Assembly (NCBI GenBank): GCA_020348445.1
Contig: CP070751.1
Location: 2,753,413 to 2,817,412, forward strand
Length of the DNA: 64,000 nucleotides
Origin: Thermoplasmata archaeon
GTDB lineage: Archaea; Thermoplasmatota; Thermoplasmata; GCA-020350865
Reading direction: 5' to 3'
Shown: one piece after another, positions 19,548 to 28,807 of the stretch
Position numbering within the stretch: position 1 is the stretch's first letter
How the letters are laid out: every line of letters begins with the position of its first letter
The notes under the pieces: generated by a model
What the model saw: the letters and a program-made list of their open reading frames with translations, nothing else
Databases searched by the model: none
Told to the model about the DNA's origin: nothing
Made by a program: the position numbers and the translations under genes

Positions 19548-21280
19548 TTCATCATCCCCTTTCTTTTGGCTATGGATTGTTCCAGAGTGGTTATAAGTTG
19601 GATCTTAGTTACAGGTTTTATAAGATATTCGTCCACACCCATTGACGTTAATTTTGTCTTTATCTTGCTGTCTAGCGATGATGTAAAAACCACAATGCAT
19701 GCTGAGGGATCATAGTCCATAATCCTCTTCGTTGCCTCGATCCCGTTTCCTCCTTTTACAAATATATCCATTAGGACAACATCGGGTTTAACATCGTTCT
19801 CGCACAGCTCCTTATAACGGTCGAAAGCGCCTTGGCCATTGTCAACCGCACCAACAACATCGAAATCTGCCTCGGAAAAAATATCCTTTAATAAATCAAC
19901 CATGACCTTCGAATCTTCTACAATAAGTACTTTATTCTTTTTTCCAGAATCTCCAAATCTATATTGAATATCGGTTAAGGCTCGCAGATAATTTAATTTC
20001 TCGATCAGCACAGCCTGCAAAGAGGTTCTATCATTTTTATTAAGTGGTAATATATATTTGGGTTCAGTTAGCAATTCCAATATCATGCTCAAGACCGTTT
20101 TTGAAGGGACTTTTTTAGAAGGTTCAAGATCCAAATCTTTTTTAACCTCTGTAATGATGGATGTTGCTTCCTCTAAAGCAAAATACTTCTTTAATATATT
20201 CATAAGTTGTTGTTCTGTATCTTCTGAAATCATGTCTTTTTTCTCTCCGGATGGTGAGGCAAACATTTTAGTGGTTGGCTCAGGATTTAAATTCACATTA
20301 AAACTGGAATTATCTAAAGAAAAATAATTAAAATTGATGTTTTCGTAAGATATAATGGTATTGGACATGAAATCATTGATCTTTTGCTGGCCGTTTAACA
20401 GTTCCCTAATATTTAAAAAGACAGATAGTATAAATATATTATCTTTATCATTTACACATAATATTATAGTGGGATCAGAACACAAGTTGGAAAGTATTTT
20501 TTTTTCCACTACCTTACCCTCTAGTCTGATATTGAACCATGCCAATATCGAGAAACCAAAGTCGCTGAGATTTGGTTTGATGGTGCTTTTTACGATACCC
20601 CGTTTAATAAGTGACTTTCTTAATTTGGTTATGGTTGGATGCGATACATTTATAGTTTGTGATCGTTGGAAATCAGAAGGCTGCGAATCTCTTAAAAGGC
20701 TCTGTATAATGATCTTCTCATTCTTTTTTAATTCATCAAAAGACCATGTTGATAAATTATGATTAATCTTTGCTGGTATATTTATATTGAGTGTTTTGCA
20801 CAACAGATGACCGTAGTCAAAATATCTCCAAACTTTCACATTATCTGTATCGAACCAGATTTTATTTATGTCAAAGGTCATTTCATTTATATATTGCTCA
20901 TTGACTGTGGAGGTTTGTTCTTTTAAAAGATCGCTTTCCTTTGGAGGAACCAGACCCATAACCAACCATGATATATTATCTGAAGCCATGAAAAAGGGAG
21001 TAGCGGGGTGTGTAACAAAACCTGTTATAGTATTTCGGACATCATTGGGGAACTGAAACCGATATTTCCCACTTGCAATTATAACTAAACCCGAATCAAT
21101 ATTGAAGAACTCAGGAACATACTTTTTCTTTATCATCCCTTTCTCATTTAATCTTTGTTTAGCAGTAGAAATTGTGGAGGTATTAACAGAGAGTATTTTT
21201 GCTAACATTTTATTGCTTTCTTCTGGATAATGGGAGATTCCGCACAGAACCTTTCTCATGTTTCCCGACAATTTCTGCAT
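19544..21280 (-). CDS. Tandem Lrp/AsnC-like winged-HTH protein with C-terminal receiver domain
   Basis: HTH-like segments LAKILSVNTSTISTAKQRL and RSQTINVSHPTITKLRKSLIKRG; receiver VLIVEDS, VVLMDIF, YLIKP; ATGA overlap with the kinase. Confidence 0.7.
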   Translation of the reverse strand: MQKLSGNMRKVLCGISHYPEESNKMLAKILSVNTSTISTAKQRLNEKGMIKKKYVPEFFNIDSGLVIIASGKYRFQFPNDVRNTITGFVTHPATPFFMASDNISWLVMGLVPPKESDLLKEQTSTVNEQYINEMTFDINKIWFDTDNVKVWRYFDYGHLLCKTLNINIPAKINHNLSTWSFDELKKNEKIIIQSLLRDSQPSDFQRSQTINVSHPTITKLRKSLIKRGIVKSTIKPNLSDFGFSILAWFNIRLEGKVVEKKILSNLCSDPTIILCVNDKDNIFILSVFLNIRELLNGQQKINDFMSNTIISYENINFNYFSLDNSSFNVNLNPEPTTKMFASPSGEKKDMISEDTEQQLMNILKKYFALEEATSIITEVKKDLDLEPSKKVPSKTVLSMILELLTEPKYILPLNKNDRTSLQAVLIEKLNYLRALTDIQYRFGDSGKKNKVLIVEDSKVMVDLLKDIFSEADFDVVGAVDNGQGAFDRYKELCENDVKPDVVLMDIFVKGGNGIEATKRIMDYDPSACIVVFTSSLDSKIKTKLTSMGVDEYLIKPVTKIQLITTLEQSIAKRKGMMK

Positions 21281-21641
21281 AAATATCGTCTATTGTAACT
21301 CAGAGCAAATATATTAATATATCTATTAAAATGAGATATATTGAAAAAAAGCAATAAAGAATCATCTGTATGCTCTTACTTTTTTCGAACTATCCCATAT
21401 CTTTGGTAAAGGAAAAAGAGACCTTGGCCTTCCATCAACAAGGCTGGTGTTCTACGGATGGGATATGGGGAGTTGCGTGAAAAAGGTTAATTAAATAACT
21501 CATCTAAGGAGAAATCGAGATGGGCAATAAGGTTGATTTGGAGTCTCATAATCAAGAAAGGAAAGAGAAATATTTCAGAGTTGTAAGGAATTACAAGGCA
21601 GAGAGATCTAAAAGTGAGACCTAATAAAAATTCTGTTCTTT

Positions 21642-24542
21642 CTAATAAAGAGGAGGCTGTGACGGCGGCCTCCTGTATGGTTCTTGTGGATTTATCCTTC
21701 TGTTTGATTCCCATCCTGTGTTTTGCCCCTCATATGTCACAACTTTCGGAATAACTTCTTGTACCTGAGCTGGTTTATCTCCCTTTTTTCCTCCTAAAAG
21801 ATACCCCACAAGTAATGCAACTACACCGATTATGATACACAATAGTATCCATATGAAATCGAACTGCGATCCCTCACCTTCCTTATCTCCAGGTTCAGAT
21901 CCACCATCTCCACCATCTCCATCTCCACCATCTCCATCTCCACCATCCCCATCTCCACCATCACCACCAACCCCATCATCACCATCTCCATCACCGTCTC
22001 CATCTCCTTCGGCAACATCGATGGATTTGCTAGATTTTTCTTTTCTAGCTGCATCAGAATGGTCTATCTCCACTTCTAATATTAATGACTCACCTTCCTT
22101 ATCAGGAACCTCCCAGTCAACGGACACCTCTTTAGTTTCTCCGAAGTCCAAATCAATGCTCTTTGAGCCGATGGCCTTTCCCCCGTACAGGAAAGTCACA
22201 GAGATATCGTCCGCATTCCCACCATTATTTTGCACATAGGCAGTGATCGTGATCCTATCTTTGGGATTGGGATTGGAATTGTTGAATTTGATCTCTTCTC
22301 CATAAAATGAGAAATCAGGTCTGAGATCCAAGTATATGGTAGCCTCATTGTTGCCCTCGTTTATCTCCTGTATCGGTACTGCCTTCACTTTTAGCTCTAC
22401 CTGTTCAGCCACCACGGTCCATCTGAAGTCTACATCCCTCTGGCCCATTGGATCCAAGGAGGAAATGGATTTGGTATCCACCACAGTGCTGCCCTCGTAG
22501 AATTTGACCTGAATACTTTCGGCCCTACTTGTGCCCTCATTATGAACAGTAGCTGTTATCGTAATAGCAGTTCCCACACGACCTTTTAGATATTCTGTGT
22601 CTTCGAGTCCTGAAATGTCCCCCGAGGAAATAACCAGATCTGGCATTACCACAGATATCGTGATAACCACATGCTGGGATTCCACTGATGGATCAGCTGA
22701 TGATACAACATAAACATCCATTTCATAATCGTCCACATCCCCATCAGGGGGTATTGTAAATTCTATTTGAAAGGTTATTGTTTCACCAGGTTCCAAAATA
22801 TCAGGGATAATCTTGGGAGTAAAGTCCCAATCCTCTGGGAGATCCCCCACTATAACCTCTATGCTGTCCTCGTCTATGTTGCCGTAGTTGGTTACCCTGA
22901 ATGAGAACTCTGGAGATTTTTCATTTGGATTATAATCCTTTTGGGGTAATCCACTGCCTGCATAAGCAAGATCCAGCTCCACCCATTGCTCTACATTGGT
23001 TGAAACCATTGCTGAATCGTGAACACCCTCTAAAATTGTTGAAGTCGCTTTTAAGGTGATAGGATATATCTGATATGCTATGGTTTCACCAGCACCTGGT
23101 ATCGTTACCCTCACGATAACATCAACAAAGTAACCTGGAACGCCCAAAGCCTGCAGTGTAACTTCAGATATGGGATTCTCGGAGGTGTCCAAAATCTCTG
23201 CCCAATCCTTGTTGGGGCCTTCTAGCGTCAACAAAAAGGTATCTTGAGTGTTGCCGGAATTTTGGATTTCGACTAAGTAATCTATAATATCCTCCGGATA
23301 GCCATCATCCCCCTGATTATCGGGTGTTAATGTTACATCTGGAAGGGGTGTAATCTCGACTGTGAGTACAATGAGATGACTTACACCGGGATCACCAATG
23401 GAATTAGCTCTGATTTCTATTTGGTATTCTCCAACTAGAGCCTTTGAACGATCAGGAGTAATTGATATGGAGACTGTGGTTGACTCTGTATAGTCAACAT
23501 CAAGATTTGTTATATCTGCTATTGTCGAAACAGTAAATATATCAGCGTCATAGCTGGTTGCAAAAAACTCGTACGAATCAGTTACCGTGCCTGTGTTTTT
23601 CACCTGTAATGTAAAAACAACGTCATCACCCGGCTCCCCTTCTTTTTTGTTGGAAGGTGCAGTCGAGGTGAGTTCAAAGGAATACGTTGGATTAACTGTT
23701 ATTGTGATATCGAGAGTGTCATATGTTGGACCACTTGTATTACCTGTGGATGTGGCGTTCAACGTTATTGGGATAATATCAGGGCTGTGCTTTGCGTCTA
23801 TTGAAAAATTGTAAAAGACGATCATGGTCTCGTCGGGTTCCAAATCAATATCAGGCACGCTCCACTGACCAAGTTCGGCCCCTGTATGGGAAAAAGAAAA
23901 TGTATCGTTGCCGTTGCCATCATTTGTTACCCAGATCCCAAAAGATATGATCTCTCCTGGATCACCATCCTTGTTGGTTCCTCCTGGCGTTTCAATCCTG
24001 ACTCCAAATTCCTGTACAACATTTGCACGGAGTTGAAGCGAATCCAGACATCCAACCTCCCCCTTATGCCCGATAACGTCCACAGTAATGTTGATGATTG
24101 CGGAATCTTGGTGCATTGCATCTCCAGGAGCCCTCACTATTAAAGTCTCAGTAGTCCTATTCACAGAACCCATCTGAAGATTCGGTACTATCGTTGTGCC
24201 ACTGGGTGTTACCGTCCACCCTACAGCTTGACTTTGGGCATCCAGCGTGACTGTGAAATTTATGTCTTCCCCTGTATTATTGTCTCCAGTGTTTATGATA
24301 TCCACAGAATATTCAAAGTCAATTTGGGGAGTGACATTACCGATGCCATTTGCAGGAGTATTGTATTGTACTTCGACTCCATAGTCGCCAGCTTGGGCAT
24401 GGTTTGATATTAAAAGGAGTATTATCACCACACCTATTATTACTAACATTACCACAAGTATTCTTGGAAAAATCCTTTTCGCGAGAAATCTCTCGCTGGC
24501 TAGATTCCCGTCAATAAAGGATTCAAACTCCCTTCCCATCAT
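21642..24542 (-). CDS. Large cell-surface protein (NEW3/Ig-like repeats + CARDB domains, G/D linker, C-terminal TM)
   Basis: N-terminal hydrophobic signal, repeated VxNTGNxxDxF modules, PDLxI..TVHNEG CARDB motifs, C-terminal TM helix, Pro-rich tail. Confidence 0.8.
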   Translation of the reverse strand: MMGREFESFIDGNLASERFLAKRIFPRILVVMLVIIGVVIILLLISNHAQAGDYGVEVQYNTPANGIGNVTPQIDFEYSVDIINTGDNNTGEDINFTVTLDAQSQAVGWTVTPSGTTIVPNLQMGSVNRTTETLIVRAPGDAMHQDSAIINITVDVIGHKGEVGCLDSLQLRANVVQEFGVRIETPGGTNKDGDPGEIISFGIWVTNDGNGNDTFSFSHTGAELGQWSVPDIDLEPDETMIVFYNFSIDAKHSPDIIPITLNATSTGNTSGPTYDTLDITITVNPTYSFELTSTAPSNKKEGEPGDDVVFTLQVKNTGTVTDSYEFFATSYDADIFTVSTIADITNLDVDYTESTTVSISITPDRSKALVGEYQIEIRANSIGDPGVSHLIVLTVEITPLPDVTLTPDNQGDDGYPEDIIDYLVEIQNSGNTQDTFLLTLEGPNKDWAEILDTSENPISEVTLQALGVPGYFVDVIVRVTIPGAGETIAYQIYPITLKATSTILEGVHDSAMVSTNVEQWVELDLAYAGSGLPQKDYNPNEKSPEFSFRVTNYGNIDEDSIEVIVGDLPEDWDFTPKIIPDILEPGETITFQIEFTIPPDGDVDDYEMDVYVVSSADPSVESQHVVITISVVMPDLVISSGDISGLEDTEYLKGRVGTAITITATVHNEGTSRAESIQVKFYEGSTVVDTKSISSLDPMGQRDVDFRWTVVAEQVELKVKAVPIQEINEGNNEATIYLDLRPDFSFYGEEIKFNNSNPNPKDRITITAYVQNNGGNADDISVTFLYGGKAIGSKSIDLDFGETKEVSVDWEVPDKEGESLILEVEIDHSDAARKEKSSKSIDVAEGDGDGDGDGDDGVGGDGGDGDGGDGDGGDGDGGDGGSEPGDKEGEGSQFDFIWILLCIIIGVVALLVGYLLGGKKGDKPAQVQEVIPKVVTYEGQNTGWESNRRINPQEPYRRPPSQPPLY
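21901..22007 (-). repeat. Gly/Asp low-complexity linker with three ~15-nt tandem units
   Basis: GDGDGDGDDGVGGDGGDGDGGDGDGGDGDGGDGG; CCACCATCTCCATCT-type units at 21910-21954. Confidence 0.9.
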
Positions 24543-24574
24543 GGAATTACCTCAGCCAGGCAATATGGATGCGA

Positions 24575-24606
24575 TATCTTAAATGTTTCGGGAAATTGTG
24601 GATTTT
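24575..24606 (-). promoter_or_regulatory. 32-bp promoter block (BRE/TATA-like), identical to 27560-27591
   Basis: Minus strand AAAATCCACAATTTCCCGAAACATTTAAGATA, ending 33 nt upstream of ATG 24542. Confidence 0.7.
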
Positions 24607-24662
24607 AGTAAAAATTCTGTGTCTTATAATAAGTCCATACTTCTTAGGGGGAATTTCTCTTT

Positions 24663-27527
24663 TTAAAGTGGTGGAGGAGGTGGGGGGGGTGGAGGCGGAG
24701 GCGGAGGTGCTGTTATTGAAGGTTCTTTTAAATTTTCTTCTTCTGGTTTTATATGGTGAAATTCCTCTTTATAATAGGTTGTAGATGGGAGCTCTTTTTG
24801 AGCCTGAAAAGGTTCCACCCTTCCTTTTCTTCCTAATAATAAACCTACCAATAATGCAACGATTCCAATTATGATATATGATAGTATCCAAAGGAAAGTA
24901 GAAGGTAGAAGGTCCCTGTCCCCATCTTCTTTCTCAGCAACCTTGACGTTTCCGCTCGATTTTTCTAGTTCAACTCCGTTTAGATGGTAGATCTCCACTT
25001 CAACAGACAAGGACTCGCCTGGTCTATTAGGAACCTCCCATTTAATGGAAACCTCTCCAGTTTCTCCGTAGATCAAATCTACCATCTTTGAACCGATGGC
25101 TTTTCCAGCATATAAGAAAGTCACCGAGATGTCCTCTGCATCTCCACCATCGTTTCGTATGTAGGCAGTTATGGTGATCTTCTCTTTAGGTTCTGGATTG
25201 GAATTACTGAAGTTGACCTCCTCACCAACAAATGAGAAATCGGGTCTGAGATCTAGGAATATGGTGTCACCATTGTTGTCCATATTGCTCTCCTTGATTG
25301 GGCTGGCCTCCACTTTTAGCTCCACCTGCTCGGCGACAACTGTCCATCTGAATGTAACGTTCTCATATTTTCCAGGTCCTAATGAAGATATGGTTGCAGT
25401 CCCTCTGACGTTGATTCCATCATAGAGTTTGACCTGTATGCTCTCTGCCGTACTTGTTCCCTCGTTGCAGACTTTGGCTGTAATTTGAATTTGAACTCCA
25501 ATTTCTGCCTTCAACTCATCAGGATCCTCAAGGCCTTTGATGTCCCTAGAGGAAATGACGAGATCTGGTTTTATGACTGTTATCTTAATGGGCACTTCAT
25601 TGGAATTTTTCGAGGGATCTACATTAGATTCCAGTACCACTTTCATCTCGTAAGTGTCTTCATCGGCATCAGAGGGGACTGTGAACTCTATTGTAAAGGT
25701 CGTAGTTCCGCCGGGATCCAATGTGGTTGGAATGGTGTAGGGTGTGTAATCCCAATTTGATTCCTTAACTATTATCTTAACTGTACTTTCATCTTGGTTG
25801 CCGTTGTTAGTCACCCGAAACGAGAATTTCGGAGATTTTTTGTTTGGATCATAGTCCTTTTCGGGTTCTCCGCCGCCCGAGTATTCGAGATCCAAATCCA
25901 CAAAATCTTCGACAGTGATGGTAACCTGGCCCTCTGCGAAAACATCCTCTGTGTTCAGGGATTCAACCCTTATGGTTATAGTATATGGCTTATTTGCTTG
26001 GGTTTCACCTGTGGTCGGTATCGTTACTCTGATGAGGATTTTCTGCCAGGCACCGGCGTCCAGTGTTATCTGCTTCCCAGGGATCGGATTCTCTTCGATA
26101 TCCAGAATCTCGCCCCATTCCTTATATTCACCTTCTAATTCAATGGTAAAGTTGTCCCGGGCGTTGCCCTTGTTATATATTTTTATATCAAAAATGATGT
26201 TATCTCCTGGTTCGCCTCTGTCAGTTTGAGTGTCGGGATCTATCTCAACCTCTGCCAAGGGTGTTATTTCAACTGTAAGTGTTATTACTTTACTGACACT
26301 GCGGTCCTTATTAGAGGTGACTGTTATCTCTATGTCATAGGAGCCCACCAATGCCTTGGTTTTATCTGTTGTTACCAAGAAATCGGCATTTGTTGGATAA
26401 ACATCATCCACTTGAACATTCGGAGTTGTCCGGGCGGAAGGATATTGTGGAAACACACTTTCATCGATACTCGAAATCCTGATCTCGAAGTTGTCTTCAT
26501 TTGTTCCATTGTTTTTTACCGCCAAGGTGAAGTAGAGAGAATCTCCTGGTTTTGCCTCCTTTGTATTGAAAGGCGCCGTGCAGGAGAGTTCGATGTCATA
26601 AATGGCATTAACTGTGGTGGTTGTGGTAAAGGATTGAGGAGTAACTGTTCCCTTTTCTGATGAAACCTTCGCTTGCATTTCCAGTGGTGCTGTTAATACC
26701 GCAAAATCAGGATCGCTCTTGGATGGGACATTGATTGTGAATAATATTGTCTCGATCTCATCAGCATATAAGGTAATCGATGAAATCGGTGTTGTAGGCT
26801 CTGATCCTAATGCAAAAGAACCCCATCCAGACTGATCTCCTCCGCCATTAGGCGACTTATCTTGGTCATTCTTATCAAGAATATATGTATTTTCTGAATT
26901 ACCAGTATTCTTAACTCTGAATTGATAGGTAACAGAGCTGCCTACATTTACTGCAGCACTTAGGGATGAGGGTTCAGTCAGCTCAAAGTCGTAAACCATT
27001 ACAACATTAGCTCGTAATTGCAGGGAATCTAAGCATCCCACATCCCCTTTATGGCCAATAACATCCACGGTGATGTTGATTATCGCAGTATCGTCGTATA
27101 TTGCATCCGAAGGTGCTCTAACCGTTACGATCTCCGTTGTTTTATTGTCGATACCCATTTCAAGGCCAGGGATAATTGTGGTTCCTGAAGGTGTCACAGT
27201 CCATCCTGCAGCAACGCTAGCTGCATCCAGTTCCACTGTGAAGTTGATGTCTTCACCTACGTTATCGATCCCTGTGTTTATGATGTCTAACGTATATTGA
27301 AAGTCGATACCGGGGGTCACATTACCGATTCCATTTCTGGGAGTATTGTGATGGATCACTACTCCATAATCCCCTGCTTGTGCATGGTTGGATATTAAAA
27401 GAAGTGTTATAACTACACCGATTATTACCAATGTGGCCACAAGTATTTTGGGAAAAATCGCTCTCGCGAGAAATCTCTCGCTTTCCTTTGTATCAAGACC
27501 ATAAGGTTCAATCTCCCTTCCTGTCAT
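24663..27527 (-). CDS. Large cell-surface protein, tandem paralog of 21642-24542
   Basis: Near-matching N-terminus (ISNHAQAGDYGV..GNVTP), NEW3/CARDB modules, C-terminal TM and poly-Pro tail. Confidence 0.8.
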   Translation of the reverse strand: MTGREIEPYGLDTKESERFLARAIFPKILVATLVIIGVVITLLLISNHAQAGDYGVVIHHNTPRNGIGNVTPGIDFQYTLDIINTGIDNVGEDINFTVELDAASVAAGWTVTPSGTTIIPGLEMGIDNKTTEIVTVRAPSDAIYDDTAIINITVDVIGHKGDVGCLDSLQLRANVVMVYDFELTEPSSLSAAVNVGSSVTYQFRVKNTGNSENTYILDKNDQDKSPNGGGDQSGWGSFALGSEPTTPISSITLYADEIETILFTINVPSKSDPDFAVLTAPLEMQAKVSSEKGTVTPQSFTTTTTVNAIYDIELSCTAPFNTKEAKPGDSLYFTLAVKNNGTNEDNFEIRISSIDESVFPQYPSARTTPNVQVDDVYPTNADFLVTTDKTKALVGSYDIEITVTSNKDRSVSKVITLTVEITPLAEVEIDPDTQTDRGEPGDNIIFDIKIYNKGNARDNFTIELEGEYKEWGEILDIEENPIPGKQITLDAGAWQKILIRVTIPTTGETQANKPYTITIRVESLNTEDVFAEGQVTITVEDFVDLDLEYSGGGEPEKDYDPNKKSPKFSFRVTNNGNQDESTVKIIVKESNWDYTPYTIPTTLDPGGTTTFTIEFTVPSDADEDTYEMKVVLESNVDPSKNSNEVPIKITVIKPDLVISSRDIKGLEDPDELKAEIGVQIQITAKVCNEGTSTAESIQVKLYDGINVRGTATISSLGPGKYENVTFRWTVVAEQVELKVEASPIKESNMDNNGDTIFLDLRPDFSFVGEEVNFSNSNPEPKEKITITAYIRNDGGDAEDISVTFLYAGKAIGSKMVDLIYGETGEVSIKWEVPNRPGESLSVEVEIYHLNGVELEKSSGNVKVAEKEDGDRDLLPSTFLWILSYIIIGIVALLVGLLLGRKGRVEPFQAQKELPSTTYYKEEFHHIKPEEENLKEPSITAPPPPPPPPPPPPPL

Positions 27528-27559
27528 ATGAAGACCTCGATTAATCTATGTCAATTGGG

Positions 27560-27591
27560 TATCTTAAATGTTTCGGGAAATTGTGGATTTT
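27560..27591 (-). promoter_or_regulatory. 32-bp promoter block identical to 24575-24606
   Basis: Same 32-mer at the same distance upstream of ATG 27527. Confidence 0.7.
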
Positions 27592-27639
27592 GGATTGGAA
27601 CTTAGATTTAGGTACAAAAAAAGCGTCAAAAACAAGAGC

Positions 27640-28317
27640 CTAGGCCGCTATTCTTTTTTCTCTTTTTTTAAGTCCTGCCACCTTCAGTTTTTTAAGTGCA
27701 GTAATCAGGTTATCCCTTCCTGCAAGCTCTGCTGCAAATCCATCTGCCTTTGCCTCGTCCCTGTAGCTTCGAAGCCAAAGTGAGGCAACTGCAAGGAAGT
27801 TAGCCATGTACCTGTTTGGAGTGTGTTTGACATGATAGAGCTCATGCGCAGCCACAGCTATGATCTCCTCTGGTTCGAGAAGCTCCACAAGACCCACGGA
27901 TACGTAGATTTTCCGCTTGTGTGTGAAGGCCTTGATCTTCTGCGTGTCCAAAAGGTATATCCTGCATCCTAGCTCTGCAGAGAGCCCTCTTAGAAATTGC
28001 GCATCCATGATTTCGAGATTCCGAATGTGCCTGTCAAAGGCAACATTCACCATTCCTAGAAACACCATGGCTCCTGAAATAATACCGAGATAAATCCAAA
28101 CATAAGCAGCCATGGAACATGTCATTTGCCTAAAACCTTCCATCACTGCAAATGCAGTGACCATCTGGGAGAGGAACATATGATGGGATTTTTTTGTTAA
28201 TAGAAAGATCGTACCAAGAGATAGAGCAATTATAATCATACCGAACATGATGTATCCAGTTTCGGATCTTGCAAGACAGCTGAAGTAACATTCAAAAGCT
28301 TCAAACAACGTGTTCAC
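27640..28317 (-). CDS. Membrane zinc metalloprotease, M48/M56 (BlaR-like protease domain, no sensor domain)
   Basis: N-terminal TM helices, HELYH (HExxH), DEAKAD third-ligand motif; 4-nt overlap with the BlaI-like gene. Confidence 0.8.
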   Translation of the reverse strand: MNTLFEAFECYFSCLARSETGYIMFGMIIIALSLGTIFLLTKKSHHMFLSQMVTAFAVMEGFRQMTCSMAAYVWIYLGIISGAMVFLGMVNVAFDRHIRNLEIMDAQFLRGLSAELGCRIYLLDTQKIKAFTHKRKIYVSVGLVELLEPEEIIAVAAHELYHVKHTPNRYMANFLAVASLWLRSYRDEAKADGFAAELAGRDNLITALKKLKVAGLKKREKRIAA

Positions 28318-28673
28318 TCCTTCTTGTACTTACCAAGGGTCTCGGTTACAGTGTCGCCAAATGTATCAATTAGGCTCTCTATAATTCTTTCGGAAATCTG
28401 ATTTCCAATCTCCTCTTTTGTGTACGCAGGACGGTAGATATATTTGACCTTGGACTCTGACTCCAAAAGCTCCCTTTTTACAACTCCTGACTTTACCAAT
28501 CTATCCAGGGTGCCTGCAATACATGCAAGGGAAAGGTCGTTGATACATCCATTTATATCACTTGAGGTCATGCTTTCCTTTTCCCAGAGCAATTGCAGTA
28601 TCCTGACCTCGTTTGGAGAAAAGAATTTTTCAAGCCCATCAGATTCAATGTTGATCCTGGAAAATTTCACCAT
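28314..28673 (-). CDS. BlaI/MecI/CopY family transcriptional repressor
   Basis: FSPNEVRILQLLWEKESMT..LSLACIAGTLDRLVKSGVVKR..YIYRP..ISERIIESLIDTFG; start set at ATG 28673 (track 28697). Confidence 0.85.
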   Translation of the reverse strand: MVKFSRINIESDGLEKFFSPNEVRILQLLWEKESMTSSDINGCINDLSLACIAGTLDRLVKSGVVKRELLESESKVKYIYRPAYTKEEIGNQISERIIESLIDTFGDTVTETLGKYKKE

Positions 28674-28674
28674 G

Positions 28675-28806
28675 TTTACATCAACCGTAAAATTCAATCC
28701 AGTGGTTATTTACATCAATTGTAAACAAGCACTCATCTTATATAAATTTTTTGGAACATCCTAATATATGACTTTGACATATTACTTGCTTTACAACAGG
28801 TGTAAA
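28675..28806. promoter_or_regulatory. Three TTTACA-N5-TGTAAA palindromic operators in the divergent promoter
   Basis: 28675-28691 TTTACA-TCAAC-CGTAAA (one mismatch), 28709-28725 TTTACA-TCAAT-TGTAAA, 28790-28806 TTTACA-ACAGG-TGTAAA. Confidence 0.8.
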
Positions 28807-28807
28807 C

